64,000 nucleotides of DNA from Flaccisagitta enflata (lineage: Eukaryota). The notes under the pieces are model-generated. The model had not been told where the DNA came from. It ran no database searches and worked only from the letters and a program-made list of their open reading frames with translations. The stretch spans positions 37,758,001-37,822,000 of the forward strand of contig OZ231126.1 in the NCBI GenBank assembly GCA_965153355.1. Direction: 5' to 3'. A program made the translations under genes and the position numbers. Of the stretch, positions 28,014 to 41,072 are shown piece after piece. Position 1 is the stretch's first letter. The number at the start of each line of letters is the position of its first letter.

Positions 28014-28128
28014 TGAATGAATGAATGAATGAATGAATGAATGAATGAATGAATGAATGGATGAATGAATGAATAAAAGAATAGATGAGGGAATGAATGA
28101 ATGAACGAATGAATGAATGAATGAACGA
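28014..28128. repeat. (GAAT)n microsatellite
   Basis: Direct inspection. Confidence 0.95.
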
Positions 28129-29986
28129 AAAATAATATACAGACAGATCATAAAATCAGAACAGAGTAGATTTCATTTTCAGTGGCCATGTTCAATAACT
28201 CCAATTTTTGAGACGTGAATTGCTAATAAGATTTGAGTTCTGTCAAAGAGAGAAAGACAAGGATAGACAAACAGACGTACATAATGAGGGAAAGAGAGCG
28301 AAAGGAGATCAGCAACGTTGCTGTTAGCCTGTTTCTTGACGTTCTCATCAAATTGCGAGATTGAACGCGGATCTATTGACTCCAAAATTAAAAAAAAACT
28401 AACATGCATTTGCAAAAGGAACGACAGCCAATTCTTTTACTCACCATTAACTAATTGAAAGTATTGACTTTATCAAAATATTCTGTTTTTATATATAAAA
28501 ATTTGATAATAATTGTTGTGCCCCCTGATGCATATCAAATGATTCAAAAATAATAATTTTTTTAATATCATTTTAACCCTATAGATTTTTTCCTATCTAG
28601 TATTCAACCTAGGATTCTGGTCTTTTAATCAAAATGTATTCACCGGAAAATAAGCTAGAAGATGTTACATATTGTGAACGATGATTGTGGGTTTTCAAAC
28701 GGACGGACGGATGAACCACGGGGGAATCGCGTGACTCTTACTATCATATGCATAGTATCTCACCTAACGAAATAGCGATTAACAACAATCTTCCCCCATA
28801 CAGTCATAAAGGATATCATAATGCGCCGTGTTTTATGGTTTGAAAATGAACGGTACCGTAGAGCGAACTTTCCATTCAGTATGACTCACGTGTGTCTCAC
28901 GGTTGTCAACTCTTACCACGTACGGAGTAAGGACGTAATAATCCAGTTTAGTTGAAACCTTTTTTATGAGTGCGAATAGAATGACGAAATCTACCACCCG
29001 TTGAGAACGTATTGTTGTAACCCTTCTTTATGTAAGTCAGGGCTAGAAACGGGAAGAACTGACTAACTTAAATGTCAGAATCTGATTTTGTCATTGATGA
29101 TAGAACAGAGAGAAGCAGCTCACCAGAAACAGGAAGACCTTACAAACTTGAACGTCAATATCTTTTTTCGTCCTTGGCGGAAGAAACAACTCACCATTGA
29201 CATTGTGCCATTGTACTACGATAAAACGTACAAGCGCTATTTCCTTAGGAGATAAAGATAACGGTACGCTTAAAGCAGTTTATGCAAAATTGCAGATAGT
29301 ATAACTGGCCATGTTGTGACAATTGTTATACCATCTTCAACCTATGCGTTGTACATTTGTTGTTGGTATTATTCATGTACACACAACTTTCTTACAATAC
29401 ATACCTACCTTAGAGGCAAGAACAAGTTGTTGTCGGTGTATCGAGGGACCTAAAATAACTCGGCAATCACTCGATGTATATGCGCGCGGTAAATGTACAT
29501 GCATAAGAGACAATGCCCAAAGGACGATAGCGACGATGGAAAGAAGACTCACAACTACTACGAGTACAGCGACCATGATGATAGCAGCTAAAACACCGAC
29601 AACGACAACGGAAACGACAATGACAACAACGACAGCGACAATGACAACGGCAACCACAGCTACCACACAACCTCAATGGCTGAGACAGAGAAAGACAAAA
29701 ACATCGCGAGTCGACAGTCATAAAAACAGAGTTAACAGACAGTTTGCAGTCGCACAAATAAGAAAAACATGGAAGTTTCCCCTTTCATTTTTCAAACGGC
29801 GGCGGAGGCGGTGAAAGGAGGAGGAGAAGGAGGAGGAGGAGGAGGAGGCGGTGGTGGAGAAGAGGAAAGAGAGTCGAAACGCGAAACGAGAAAACGAGAA
29901 GGGAAGAGAAGGAAACAACAATAATAGGAACAAACAATAACAAGGAGGAATCGAGCGCCCGCAGGCAAAAACCGGCGCCAAACCCG

Positions 29987-30024
<38 letters not shown>

Positions 30025-30428
30025 AGCACCGGAGATATATACCACCGCCGACGACGACGTACAAGAATTGTTGACGACCGCTATACGATTTAGGGGGGGG
30101 GGGGAGGGGATCATTAGAAGGGATGTTGAAGCGGTTGGGTGTGTGGGATAACTACATAGTAGTTACTACAAGTATTTGATTGAGAGACACAATTCATGAA
30201 AATGGAAGCGAAAGGGTTGAAAGCGGGATCAAAATCGGCCACTTACACATCCCTCTTCATGAGGAAGACATTGGACTAATTTAGGAAAGAAGGGGTCGAT
30301 AAGTGGGGGAGGAGGGAAGAGCCGGACAGAGAGGAGAAGAGAAAAAGAAGGGAGCCAGAAGAGAGGGAAATGGACAAGCATACATTAGGAAATGGACAGT
30401 GGTGAAAAATCGGAGCGTTATCAATAAA

Positions 30429-30619
30429 AACAAGGCCGGATCCACGGCTACCAAAGTCGCGTGCGGGTGGGCAGGGGCTATATTTGAGGTCACCTGACCA
30501 CTTGGGCAGGAGCAGTGAGGTCCAAAAATAAAAATCATAAAAAAAGTAAAGTATGACCGACCAACCAACCAACCAACCAACGGACAAAGCGGGGTGTAGA
30601 GTTGCCTGCACGCGACTAA
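30429..30619 (-). mobile_element. HINE family A copy
   Basis: Reverse complement of the 5177-5367 structure. Confidence 0.85.
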
Positions 30620-30790
30620 AAAGCAATGATTTTTTTACGTTAGCGTTGATTTACAGTAATCAAACAGTCTCTGGCGGCTGGAATCCTGCCCTGCTGATAG
30701 ACAGACAGATCATTTGTACCAAATTACATTTTGAAGCTAGGGAGATTTGTTCGCAAAGCTGTATTGAAATGTGTGCGGGGTTTCTGATTA

Positions 30791-30967
30791 TAGGTGAACC
30801 CCACTCTAACGGATTTCAGGGGACTAACAATATTAATCTGTTATAAGCGGACTTCTGTTATTGCCAACAAAGAAAATAAAAGGAATTTGATCGAAAGAAC
30901 CATGAATTTGCATAAGTTATAGGCAGAATTCCGTTGGTGGCGGGTCCGTTAGAGTGGGGTTCAACTG
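30791..30967. mobile_element. pogo/Tigger-like MITE (177 bp)
   Basis: TIR ..TGAACCCCACTCTAACGGA at both ends; TA flanks. Confidence 0.8.
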
Positions 30968-31097
30968 TACATGTATTGCCGTTGGGGAAACATCCATGAG
31001 AATGTTCATCAAGCGATGATAAATGGTCGCGTTGCTTCATATAAGTCTTCGTTCTTTTCGAAAAAAGCAACAATGAAAGAACAAGATTCAGCGTGTT

Positions 31098-31286
31098 TTT
31101 AGTCGGTCCGTCCGTCGGTCCGTCCGTCGGTCCATCCGTCCATCCATCCGTCCGTCCGTCTGTCACTCTTTTGTGTTTTTTTTGCGGTCTTTGGCCTCAC
31201 TGCTCCTGCCCAAGTGATCAAGTGACCTCAAATATGGTCCCTGCCCAACCGCACGTGACTGGGGTAGTTGTGTAACCTGCCTTGTT
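31098..31286 (+). mobile_element. HINE family A copy lacking the 5' hairpin
   Basis: (GTCC)n, CCTCACTGCTCCTGCCCAA core, CCTTGTT end. Confidence 0.7.
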
Positions 31287-31440
31287 TTTTCTATTTTTAC
31301 AACTTGTCTTACCGTTCATACTAGTATCAGTTGACCATTTCTGCTGTAGCATGGAGTTTTTACGCGGTTGAATTTTCTTTTCTACTCTTTGCTTTCAGTG
31401 TCAAAGTTTTTGATCACAGTGACATGCTCACTGTCACTGT

Positions 31441-31667
31441 CAAGCATTTGCTGTTGACCTTTACTCCGTGCAGCATCTGCTGCTGAGCTTTAACTCCGTG
31501 CAGCATCTGCTGTTGAGCTTTAACACCGTGCAGCATTTGCTGTTGAGCTTTACTCCGTGCAGCATCTGCTGTTGAGCTTTAACACCGTGCAGCATTTGCT
31601 GTTGAGCTTTACTCCGTGCAGCATCTGCTGTTGAGCTTTAACTCCGTGCATCATCTACTGTTGAGCA
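31441..31667. repeat. 29-30 bp minisatellite (GCAGCATCTGCTGTTGAGCTTTAACTCCGT), about 7 copies
   Basis: Direct inspection; alternating 29/30-bp variants. Confidence 0.95.
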
Positions 31668-32499
31668 ACGGATTGCGTAGAAAATTCGGAAACCCGTTTT
31701 TTGTCACGTTTTGCTATTCCCCAATAGCATCAAAGACACTATAGTTACGATTTTTGCATATAACGACTTCGTTTCTGGTCGTTACGGTTTATTTAAAGCT
31801 ATATAAAGCTATAGAATGCTATCAAAAGCTATCAAAAGCTATTCACAACTATTTGAAGCTACTTAAAGCTATTTAAAGCTAGTTAATAAACATAAAACGA
31901 AATGTCTGTGTCAGTCAGTCTTTCTGTCTGTCTGTCTGTCTGCCTGTCTGTCTCACACTGTATCTCTGTAGTTATCTCTCTATGAGAAACTGAGACCAAA
32001 ACCAAGAGAATCATTTCAGCACATGTGTTACATCGATGTTATCGAATCTCATGTTAAGCATGTTGGAGAATGATTGATCATTTTCAAACTTTGGTCATTT
32101 TTTATCAAAACATTTTTGATAAAAAGAATGAATAAATGTTTTTATGTAAAAATTTTGAATAATAGATAACTAAAGTATATGAAACTAGAATTTAGATATG
32201 AAACCTTAGATATCAAAGATTAAAAAAAAAAGAAAAAATAAAAACTATATATAAAAAATTAAAAGTAAAAAGATTAGAAGAAAAAAAATCAAAAAGGAAA
32301 AAAGTCAAAAAGGAAAAAAGTCAGAAAGAAAAAAAGTCAAAGAAGAAAAAAGGAAAAAAAGGATTGAAAAGAAAAAAAAAATCAAAAAGTCAAAAAGTAA
32401 AAAGAAATAAAAACAAGGCCAACACCTATAAGTCGCGTGCAGGACAAAAATAACTGAACTGACCTGACTCCTTATTGATCTTTTTTTTCGAAAATCAGA

Positions 32500-33015
32500 C
32501 TTAAACCAGCCAGACCCAAACCAGAACCAAACCAGAACCAAACCAGACCCAAACCAGACTCAAACCAGACTCAAACCAGACTCAAACCAGACTCAAACCA
32601 GACTCAAACCAGACTCAAACCAGACTCAAACCAGACTCAAACCAGACTCAAACCAGACTCAAACCAGACTCAAACCAGACTCAAACCAGACTCAAACCAG
32701 ACTCAAACCAGACTCAAACCAGACTCAAACCAGACTCCAACCAGACTCCAACCAGACTCCAACCAGACCAAAACCAAGCCTAAACAAGACCTGAATCAGA
32801 CATAAACCAGACATAAACCAGACATAAACCTGACCTAAACCAGACCTAAACCAGACATAAATCAGACATGAACCAGACTTAAACCAGACTTAAACCAGAC
32901 TCAAACCAGACCTAAACCAGACTCAAACCAGACTCAAACTAGAGTCAAACTGGACTTAAACCAAACTTAAACCAGACTAAAACCAGACTAAAACCATACT
33001 TAAACCAGACTTAAA
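32500..33015. repeat. 11-bp minisatellite (AAACCAGACTC/T)n
   Basis: Direct inspection; continues after 37502. Confidence 0.95.
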
Positions 33016-33492
33016 CTCGGTCGCCAAACTAGATACTTAGGATCCAGATCTGGATACTTTTTAAGGGTGCCTAGATACCTGAAAAGGCATTTGGATCCTG
33101 GCTACTAATCTGGATACTTTTGGTTGAAAAATCTAGATACTTCAGTTCAAATCTAGATACTTGAAATAGTGGTTTTGAGATATTTTTTAAACATGCTCAG
33201 CTACTTTTTTTATGGTAATGGACTTTAATCTTGGCTAAGAAAGTGAATTTCTTATCTTGGGTAAGCATATGTATACCTAATATAAATGTTCATATGTTTG
33301 TGAGTCAGTTGTTTGATATTTTGGGATGATGCAAATTTGGTCATAGAATTTTTTCAAGGTCATATTGCCTTTGCCCATGCTTACTGGCCAAGCATCCAAT
33401 ATTGTTTTTTGATCAATTCAAGATGCTCTCACTAAATCATGAATGACATAAAATAACTGTGTCCTAGACAGTATTTAGCCTTCATAGTTTTC

Positions 33493-33812
33493 CAGGCCTG
33501 TATATTCTTGAGTTTCCCCCCCCCCTGGGTGGGGGGGGGGAAATCAAAGGGTCTGGTGATGGGGAAGGAAATCAAAGGAGGAAAAAAGAGAAAAAAAGGA
33601 GATTTAAGGAAAATCTAATTTTTTACAGTACCAAATCATAAAACTCAATTAGTAAAACACAATTTAACACTATTTAAACCTTAACTACACAGTTTTATTG
33701 CTATATGGGGAGAAAAATCATGGATACAAAAACACGACGCAACGCGTCGCGGGGAAGAAAATCAAAGGCGGGGGGGGGGAAATCAAAAGCGACTCAAGAA
33801 TATACACCCCTG
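33493..33812. mobile_element. hAT-like MITE
   Basis: TIR CAGG..TGTATATTCTTGAGT; 8-bp TSD TAGTTTTC (33485-33492, 33813-33820). Confidence 0.88.
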
Positions 33813-34687
33813 TAGTTTTCCTTAAGCCTTCATAGCCTTCATAGTTTTCCAAGAGAGGCCCCAGATTTCTAATAGCATCATAAACAATGTCGTTAGTGTC
33901 GGACATACAACTCTAAAACTTGCTATATTGGTCTGTCTGTCTGTCCATCTGATTATTTGTTGGAAACTTTTTTAAAATTAGAGCAGTCTTATAGTTGCGT
34001 ACTATGCAACTCCAATTGTATCATTTGTCTATCTATTGGTCGGTTGGTTGGTCAACCCCCTTTTTATTTTTTTGGCGTTTTTGACCTTTTTGTGCTAACC
34101 CCTCCGGCCCAAATGCTTTGGTGACCTTTTCTTTCACTGCTCCTGCCCACCCACACGCGACTGGGGTAGCTGTGTAACCAGCCTTGTTACTACACTGCCT
34201 TAGCCCACCTGTCTGCAACTGGGGGGAGTGTATTAGGTCTATGAAAACAGCCATTACAAAATATCTCTATTATTTCTAATGTTTGTAGTTCAATTTTTAG
34301 TTCTAATTGTACCAAATCAAGTGGTACCTGTAGGGATTGGCTTTGTTCATCAAGGGTATGATGAGAAATATCATCAAGGGTATGATGAGAAATATCACCC
34401 ATGCTATTCATGAAAAGGGAGCCGTTCTATGTTAAGACCCACCCTTGTAGTTTACTAATTCACTATAATTATTTTGAATTTAGGCGGAAATTGCAATTAA
34501 GAGCCTATTTTTGAAATATCGCTTGAGCCGAAAAATCGCCGAAAATCGCCGAAAATCGCCAAAAATCGCGGTTTTCAGTGTATCTTTTCCTTTTGAAAAT
34601 CCAATCAAATTGAGATAAAACATCATTAAATTGCAGATTCTTATTCCATTTTCAAATAGAATTGTCATTAAATGTAAATTAAAGTTT

Positions 34688-35025
34688 TTAGTCGCGTACA
34701 CGCGTCTCAACAACCGACTTGGTCCGTCCGTTGGTCGGCCCGTCGGTCAAACTTTACTTTTTTTTATTATCTTTTGTTACTCTTTGTCATTTTAGGTCAT
34801 TTTTAGTCATTCTGAGTCATTCTAAGCCATTCTTAGTCATTCTAAGTCATTGTAAGTCATTTTAAATCATTTTACATTATAATAAGTCACTTGAGTCAAT
34901 TTGGTCAATAAAGTCGTATAAGTCATTTATCATCATTTTATGTCTTTTTAAGTCATTTTAAGTCATTTTGAGTCATCCTAGGTTATTTATGTCTTGCACG
35001 CAAACTTATAGGTGTTGGCCTTGTT
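34688..35025 (+). mobile_element. HINE family A subfamily copy with AGTCATT repeats
   Basis: AGTCGCGTACACGCGTCT start, ATAGGTGTTGGCCTTGTT end. Confidence 0.75.
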
Positions 35026-37502
35026 AAGAATAAGTATTACTTCAGTGCAACAGCAGTGTGTGAGCAAAAAGTACAGATTCTTTGAAAGTTGTGAGATCCT
35101 CAATCCACAAAACTGATTTAGTACCAAAACTATTCATTCTATCTATCCACTTTTTTTCATCAGGCTTCCCAAGACCCAAGAGCCTCAAATCTGTAATCTT
35201 GGATTCTTAATTAGCCCTCTCAGGCCTTCTTATCAGCCACCCCTGGCTCCTAATAAATCCTCCCTAACCCTCCCTAGCTTGAAACCTGCCTTATCAGGTC
35301 TCAAGTCATACTAGTCACCCAATGACAATATGTAGTTAGTGATACCCTTTGCCCTGCATTGTATGACTGTATGACTGTGATTGTAGGAGGAAGCAGGGAA
35401 GCAATCCTAAAGGGGACAAAGTCACACAGGGGCACTTTTGTATGTCCCACTGTATTGATTGAAGGTCTGATAGTAATGCTGCTTCAAGGCTGACTTGATG
35501 AGGCATGACCAAGGCCTGAGAAAGAAGATTTTAGAATGTTACAGGGCTGACAAGGCCTTTAAGGCCTCTGAATGCTAATAATCCTTTGGGAGTTAATATG
35601 ATTAGAGGTCAATGAGGGCTGACTGGAAGCTTGAGAGGACTGAGGAGGTTGATTTCAGGTTTCAAAGGGCTGATCAAGGGTCTAAGAGGGCAGATTTTAG
35701 GCCTTATAGGACTTATAAGAGGCCTGAGATGGCTGAAGGGGGCACAAAAAAATTACTAGATAGATGGTCAAACAAATGCAAGGTTGTATGTTGTACAGGC
35801 TTTCGTAGTTCATCCCCTTTGACAAATCTTCCTTCCCAATCTGCAGATACACCTTCTCAAGTCTAAATTCTGCCTACCTAGGGCCCACATCAGTCCATTA
35901 TCTGCAAATCAGCCCTCTCCACACTTTAGTGAGGCTTCCTATGCTTGACATAGCACACTGAAACTTTCATAGCTCAATTCTGTGTTGAAAAGTTAAATGT
36001 CCATCTGGGACTACCCCATAAACCCCACGAAAAGAGAAACAGACTGGGATAAGGGCTTTTCAGGCTAATATTCATGAATATTGGAATCATAACAGGCCCT
36101 AAATGTAACTAAGGCATGTTGAACTTGTTCGGGGAGGGTAAGATACAGACTGATTCACCCATTGTTCAAAAAGAATAATATTTCTTACTGCCACTGCCCA
36201 TTCTTTCAATTCTTTGAACATAATTGAGCATTTCTACACCTTCATTTACTTGCTAAGTGACACAGTCACAGGGTGTGTCTGTATATAGGTAGGTAGTTGG
36301 GTAGGTTCCTCACATGCATTTGCATTACTGCCCCTGCATACCAACATAGTCCTTCCCATTGGTTTAGTATCTGGCCTTGTTTCAATATCAAAAGATCTAT
36401 GAATCATTATGAAAATTAAAGCCAACTCTGAGCATTTAGCAATCTTTTTGATAGGATTTGTTGCAGCAAAAGATGCTATTTTTGCATGTTTCACTTTTGT
36501 TGCTAAGAAGAGCAATACTTGTGTTCAAAAACCTTCCCTCAATTCCTTTTCATAGTCTAAAACATATGATATAGGTTTAAGACTGACTCAGAATATAGTG
36601 GGAACAGAGAAAGTGATGCACCGCGAATTTCACTTAATCCAGTTTTTGTGTTCATGGGTTTGTGATCAAGATTGACCAAAGAAAGGCACAACACCAGGCC
36701 CCTCAATTTTATTTGAATTTTAGAGTTGATGCCAAAACTAAATCTTAGAAAAATTTATGAAGCAAATACTTGTAGAATCGTATGAGCGATTCCCTTTGGA
36801 GGCTCCTTAATTTGAACCAGTCGCAAATTTCCGTCATTTTTGTCGATTTCAACGTCACTGACAGTACCTAGTAAATAGGCCCTTAATTGCAATTTCTTGT
36901 ACTTATGACTAAAAGGACCATCAATTTTATTCACTTATACATGCATATTACAGAAAATATGCTCCCTTTTTATGCTCTAATACTTTGTTGCATTTACCAG
37001 CTATCCCAAGACAAGGTGTGCCATTTTTTTGCTTTTTGATTAATTTTACTTATGGGCGCCGCCTACCTTACTTTTTCTTATAAAATAATGATAAAGCTGG
37101 GGACAAAATACTTCCTGTACTTTTTCATTGGGAGATGAAGAGATTAAGGGTTATAAGCAAAATAACCATATGGCTATAAAATTATGACATGCAAGATAAT
37201 CCCTGCTGTTACAAGCCAACTTGACTCCATAAGTTTTCTATGGCAATCTTTTCTCAAAACCTCTTTGCGTTATTGATTTAAAAAGTTATGAGCTCAAGAA
37301 TTGAAGCATCTTCTACATTAATTGATCCATTTATATCACCCAAATCTTTTTTTTTTGACAAATGTCATTATTCATAATGATTTCTTTAATAAAACATTAT
37401 CTAGATACTAATCTAGATACTAGCCAAAAAATCCTAGATACTTTCTGGATACTTTTTGCGGTTCCTTTAGATACTTGGCCACCACTACATTTGGCGACCG
37501 AG

Positions 37503-38055
37503 GACTTAAACCAGACTTAAACCAGACTTAAACCAGACTTAAAACAGACTTAAACCAGACCCAAACCAGCAGACTTAAACCAGCTAACTTAAACCAGCCA
37601 ACTTAAACCAGCAGACTTAAACCAGCAGACTTAAACCAGCAGACTTAAACCAGCAGACTTAAACCAGCAGACTTAAACCAGCAAACTTAAACCAGCAGAC
37701 TTAAACCAGCAGACTTAAACCAGCAGACTTAAACCAGCAGACTTAAACCAGCAGACTTAAACCAGCAGACTTAAACCAGCAGACTTAAACCAGCAGACTT
37801 TAACCAGCAGACCTTAACCAGCAGACCTAAATCAGCTTACTTAAACCAGCCAACCTAATCCAGCCAACTTAAACCAGCCAACTTAAACCAGCCAACATAA
37901 ACCAGCGGACTTAAACCAGCAGACTTGAACCAGCAGACTTAAACCAGCAGACTGAAACCAGCAGACTTTAACCAGTTGACTTAAACCAGCAGACTTTAAC
38001 CAGTTGACTTAAACCAGCAGACTTTAACCAGCAGACTGAAACCAGCAGACTTGAA
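37503..38055. repeat. 11-bp then 14-bp minisatellite (AAACCAGCAGACTT)n
   Basis: Direct inspection. Confidence 0.95.
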
Positions 38056-39019
38056 ATGACATATATGACCGAAATATACCAAAAAACATAAATGACCAAA
38101 ACAAAAAACAAAAAAACAAAAAACAAAAAAATAAAAAACCCAAAAGCCCAAAACCCAAAACCAAAAAAATACAAAACTACAAAACCATAAAAGACCAAAA
38201 CATACCAAAAAACCATGTTAAATGACCAAAAATGACCTGAAATGACTCAAAATGACTTAAAACTATTTCAAATGCCCAAAAACGACACAAATGACTTTAA
38301 TGAACAAAGTGACGTTAATGATCAAAAATGACCAAAAATGACTAAAAGCAACCAAAAATGACCAGAAGCAACCATAAATGACCAAAAACAACAAAAAAAT
38401 GACTTAAAATAACTCTATACGGCCAAAAATGACCAAAAACGATGCGAAAAAGCTAAGTGTTACGGACCGACAGATGGACGGACCAACCGACCGACCGACG
38501 GACAGAGCGGGTTGTAGAGTCGCGTGCACGCGACTAAAAAATCATACTAAAACGTGAAACAAAAAAAAAAAATAAAATAAAAAATGAAAAATGAAAAATA
38601 AAGAATAAAAAATGAAAAATGAAAAATGAAAAATAAAAAGTAAAAAATGAAAAGTAAAAAGTGAAAAGTGAATTATAAAAAAGAATTAAAAAAATCATTA
38701 TTAATGATGAATATATTATATAACATTCTTTCTATTTTTAGTTTTTTTTTCAATGATCACAAAAAATCCATAATGAGTAAAAAATATCGACAAAAAAATG
38801 ACAGCAATGACAACAATAATAACGCCTCAAATAACGCCATATAGACGCCAAAATGGCGTTACGTTGCCATGGAAAATACCGGAAATGGCATTACTACAGA
38901 AGTCGTTATGCAATGGGTTGCTGTTGAGCTTCCGCAGGCGCCCATTGTTGGCATTTTTCAGGCTTCTGTGTTTCCAAGAACTTTTCTTCTGGAGTGAAGA
39001 ATTTCTTTCTTTCTTTTTG

Positions 39020-39052
<33 letters not shown>

Positions 39053-39216
39053 TCTTTGTTTTTGTTCGTTTATATGTGCGCCAACGCTCATCAATAAGTG
39101 GCTGCACATATTGGTCTACTTGGCCTTGCTTTCTATTTTCCACTCGTATGTAAGAAAGATAGTGTGAAGGCACTGATGGTGCAATAAAGAGGAGAGAGAA
39201 AGAAAACAAGAGAGAA

Positions 39217-39269
<53 letters not shown>

Positions 39270-39475
39270 CCGATAGACAGACACACAGACATAAACAGAG
39301 GAATAGACAGGCAGAAAGTTAGAAAGAAAGACGAAGACAACAAGGCGTTAGACGTGGAGACAAAGGCGGAATGAGAGAAAAAGAGAAAGACAGCGAGAAA
39401 TACGAGAATTTTTCAATGAATTTTAATGCGACGACTGTCAAAAAAGCGTCTTCTCCGTTAAAACGCTGCTGCAAC

Positions 39476-39913
39476 GCCATCACAACCCTTGGCGACAACG
39501 TTGATTGTTACGATGATGACGACGACATTGTTAAAGATGCCATCTCAACCCTTGGCGACAACGTTGATTGTTACGATGATGACGACAACATTGTTTAAGA
39601 CGTCATCACAACCCTTGGCGACAATGTTGATTGTTAGATGATGATGACGACATTGTTTAAGATGCCATCACAACCCTTAAAGACAATGTTGATTGTTTCG
39701 ATAATGACGACAACATTGTTTAAGACGTCATCACAACCCTTGGCGACAATGTTGATTGTTACGATGATGACAACGACATTATTTAAGATTCCATCATAAC
39801 CCTTGCCGACAATGTTGATTGTTTAGATGATGACGACGACATTGTTTAAGATGCTATCACAACCCTTGGTGACAACGTTGATTGCTACGATGATGACGAC
39901 AATATTGTTTAAG
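39476..39913. repeat. About 62-bp tandem repeat, about 7 copies
   Basis: Recurring unit CATCACAACCCTTGGCGACAA.GTTGATTGTTACGATGATGACGACGACATTGTTTAAGA. Confidence 0.92.
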
Positions 39914-40548
39914 ACGGTGACGATGAAAACGGTGACGGCTTTTAAAACAATGATATTTATGACGACGCAGAGATCGATGTCGCGGATGATGAAGATGAAG
40001 ACTAAGACGACACCCATCAAAATCACACCAACAACAACGGAGACAGCGTCAATCTGTTTATCAATCATTTTACTTTCAAGGATTACCTACGTCAACTCTT
40101 TCATTTCTTTCGTCCTTATCGAAGCTGAAATTGACTGTTACGCTGACGACCAAATTGATGTCAATGATGTTGATAATGATGACGACGATGATAATGGTGA
40201 CGACAACGACTTCGACAAAAACGACGACAATAAGGACGACAATGAGTTCAAACAGGAAGGGGTAAATACAAAGGCGATGACAAACTTGGTAGCGATGAAG
40301 ATGATGATGGAATAGAGCGTCAACGAAAGCGCCAGAATGCATACAAAAGTGACAACAAGATGACATTTTAAAGAAGTCGACGAGACGCCGTTTCCACAAA
40401 CGAGATGTAAATACATGTATAGCTATTTTCAAGCCGTTTTTGAATGTCTATTGTGTTTACTTATCTTTCATGTTTTTCAAATGTTTTTCAAGGATTTCCC
40501 ACGACGCCAAAAGCTCATATAACGAATTCCTACAATATTCCGCATTTA

Positions 40549-41072
40549 CAGTCAGTCCCAATTCCGCATTTATCCATATGCCCATATCTCATTATGTTAC
40601 GAGATAAAGCAACTTTGGTTATTTGGGCATATTTCGATATATCGAAATATGACTTTCGTCTTTCCCTTTCTGCTATGCCACTCAAAACGGAGTAGCAAAG
40701 CAATTCCCAAGATCTTTTTTCGCGCCCAATTCCGCATTCATCCATATGATCGTATGTCAACATATTTTGGCAAAACAAAACTTTCCATCGGGGCATATTT
40801 CGATATATCGAAATATGACTTACAAAAGTTAGATTTTCTCAGTTGGGTCTTTTGTAAAATCAGAATGAATGCCATAGCCGTTTGTCTTGATTACAGTCTT
40901 CGATCAGAGGTTGATAATCGATTTGCTACCTTATTTTGAGTGGCCGAACAAAAAGTGAAAGATGACAGTCATATTTCGATATATCGAAATATGCCCGGGC
41001 AAACTAAGTTGCTTTATCTCGTGATATGACGAGATATGGTCATATGGATGAATGCGGAATTGGGACTGACTG
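40549..41072. mobile_element. Foldback MITE, about 150-bp TIRs, 4-bp TSD TTTA
   Basis: CAGTCAGTCCCAATTCCGCATT..AATGCGGAATTGGGACTGACTG; TTTA on both sides; three perfect 24-bp palindromes. Confidence 0.85.

Larger units (their letters stand above)
33016..37502. mobile_element. 4.5-kb non-autonomous DNA transposon, 8-bp TSD (hAT-like)
   Basis: Perfect 13-bp TIR CTCGGTCGCCAAA; TSD GACTTAAA (33008-33015, 37503-37510); T(A/G)GATACT motifs clustered at both ends; no transposase ORF. Confidence 0.85.
32412..38537 (-). mobile_element. HINE family A subfamily expanded to 6.1 kb by minisatellites and nested insertions
   Basis: 3' end AACAAGGCCAACACCTATAAGTCGCGTGC at 32412 and 5' end AGTCGCGTGCACGCGACTAA at 38537; a short copy with the same ends is at 51371-51562. 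Confidence 0.75.

Noticed and set aside
29323..29814. 163-aa Thr-rich ORF
   Set aside because: ACA/ACG low-complexity tract with no recognisable domain.
39827..40315. Asp/Thr-rich ORF
   Set aside because: Derived from the 62-bp tandem repeat and GAC/GAT low-complexity sequence; the repeat units shift frame.
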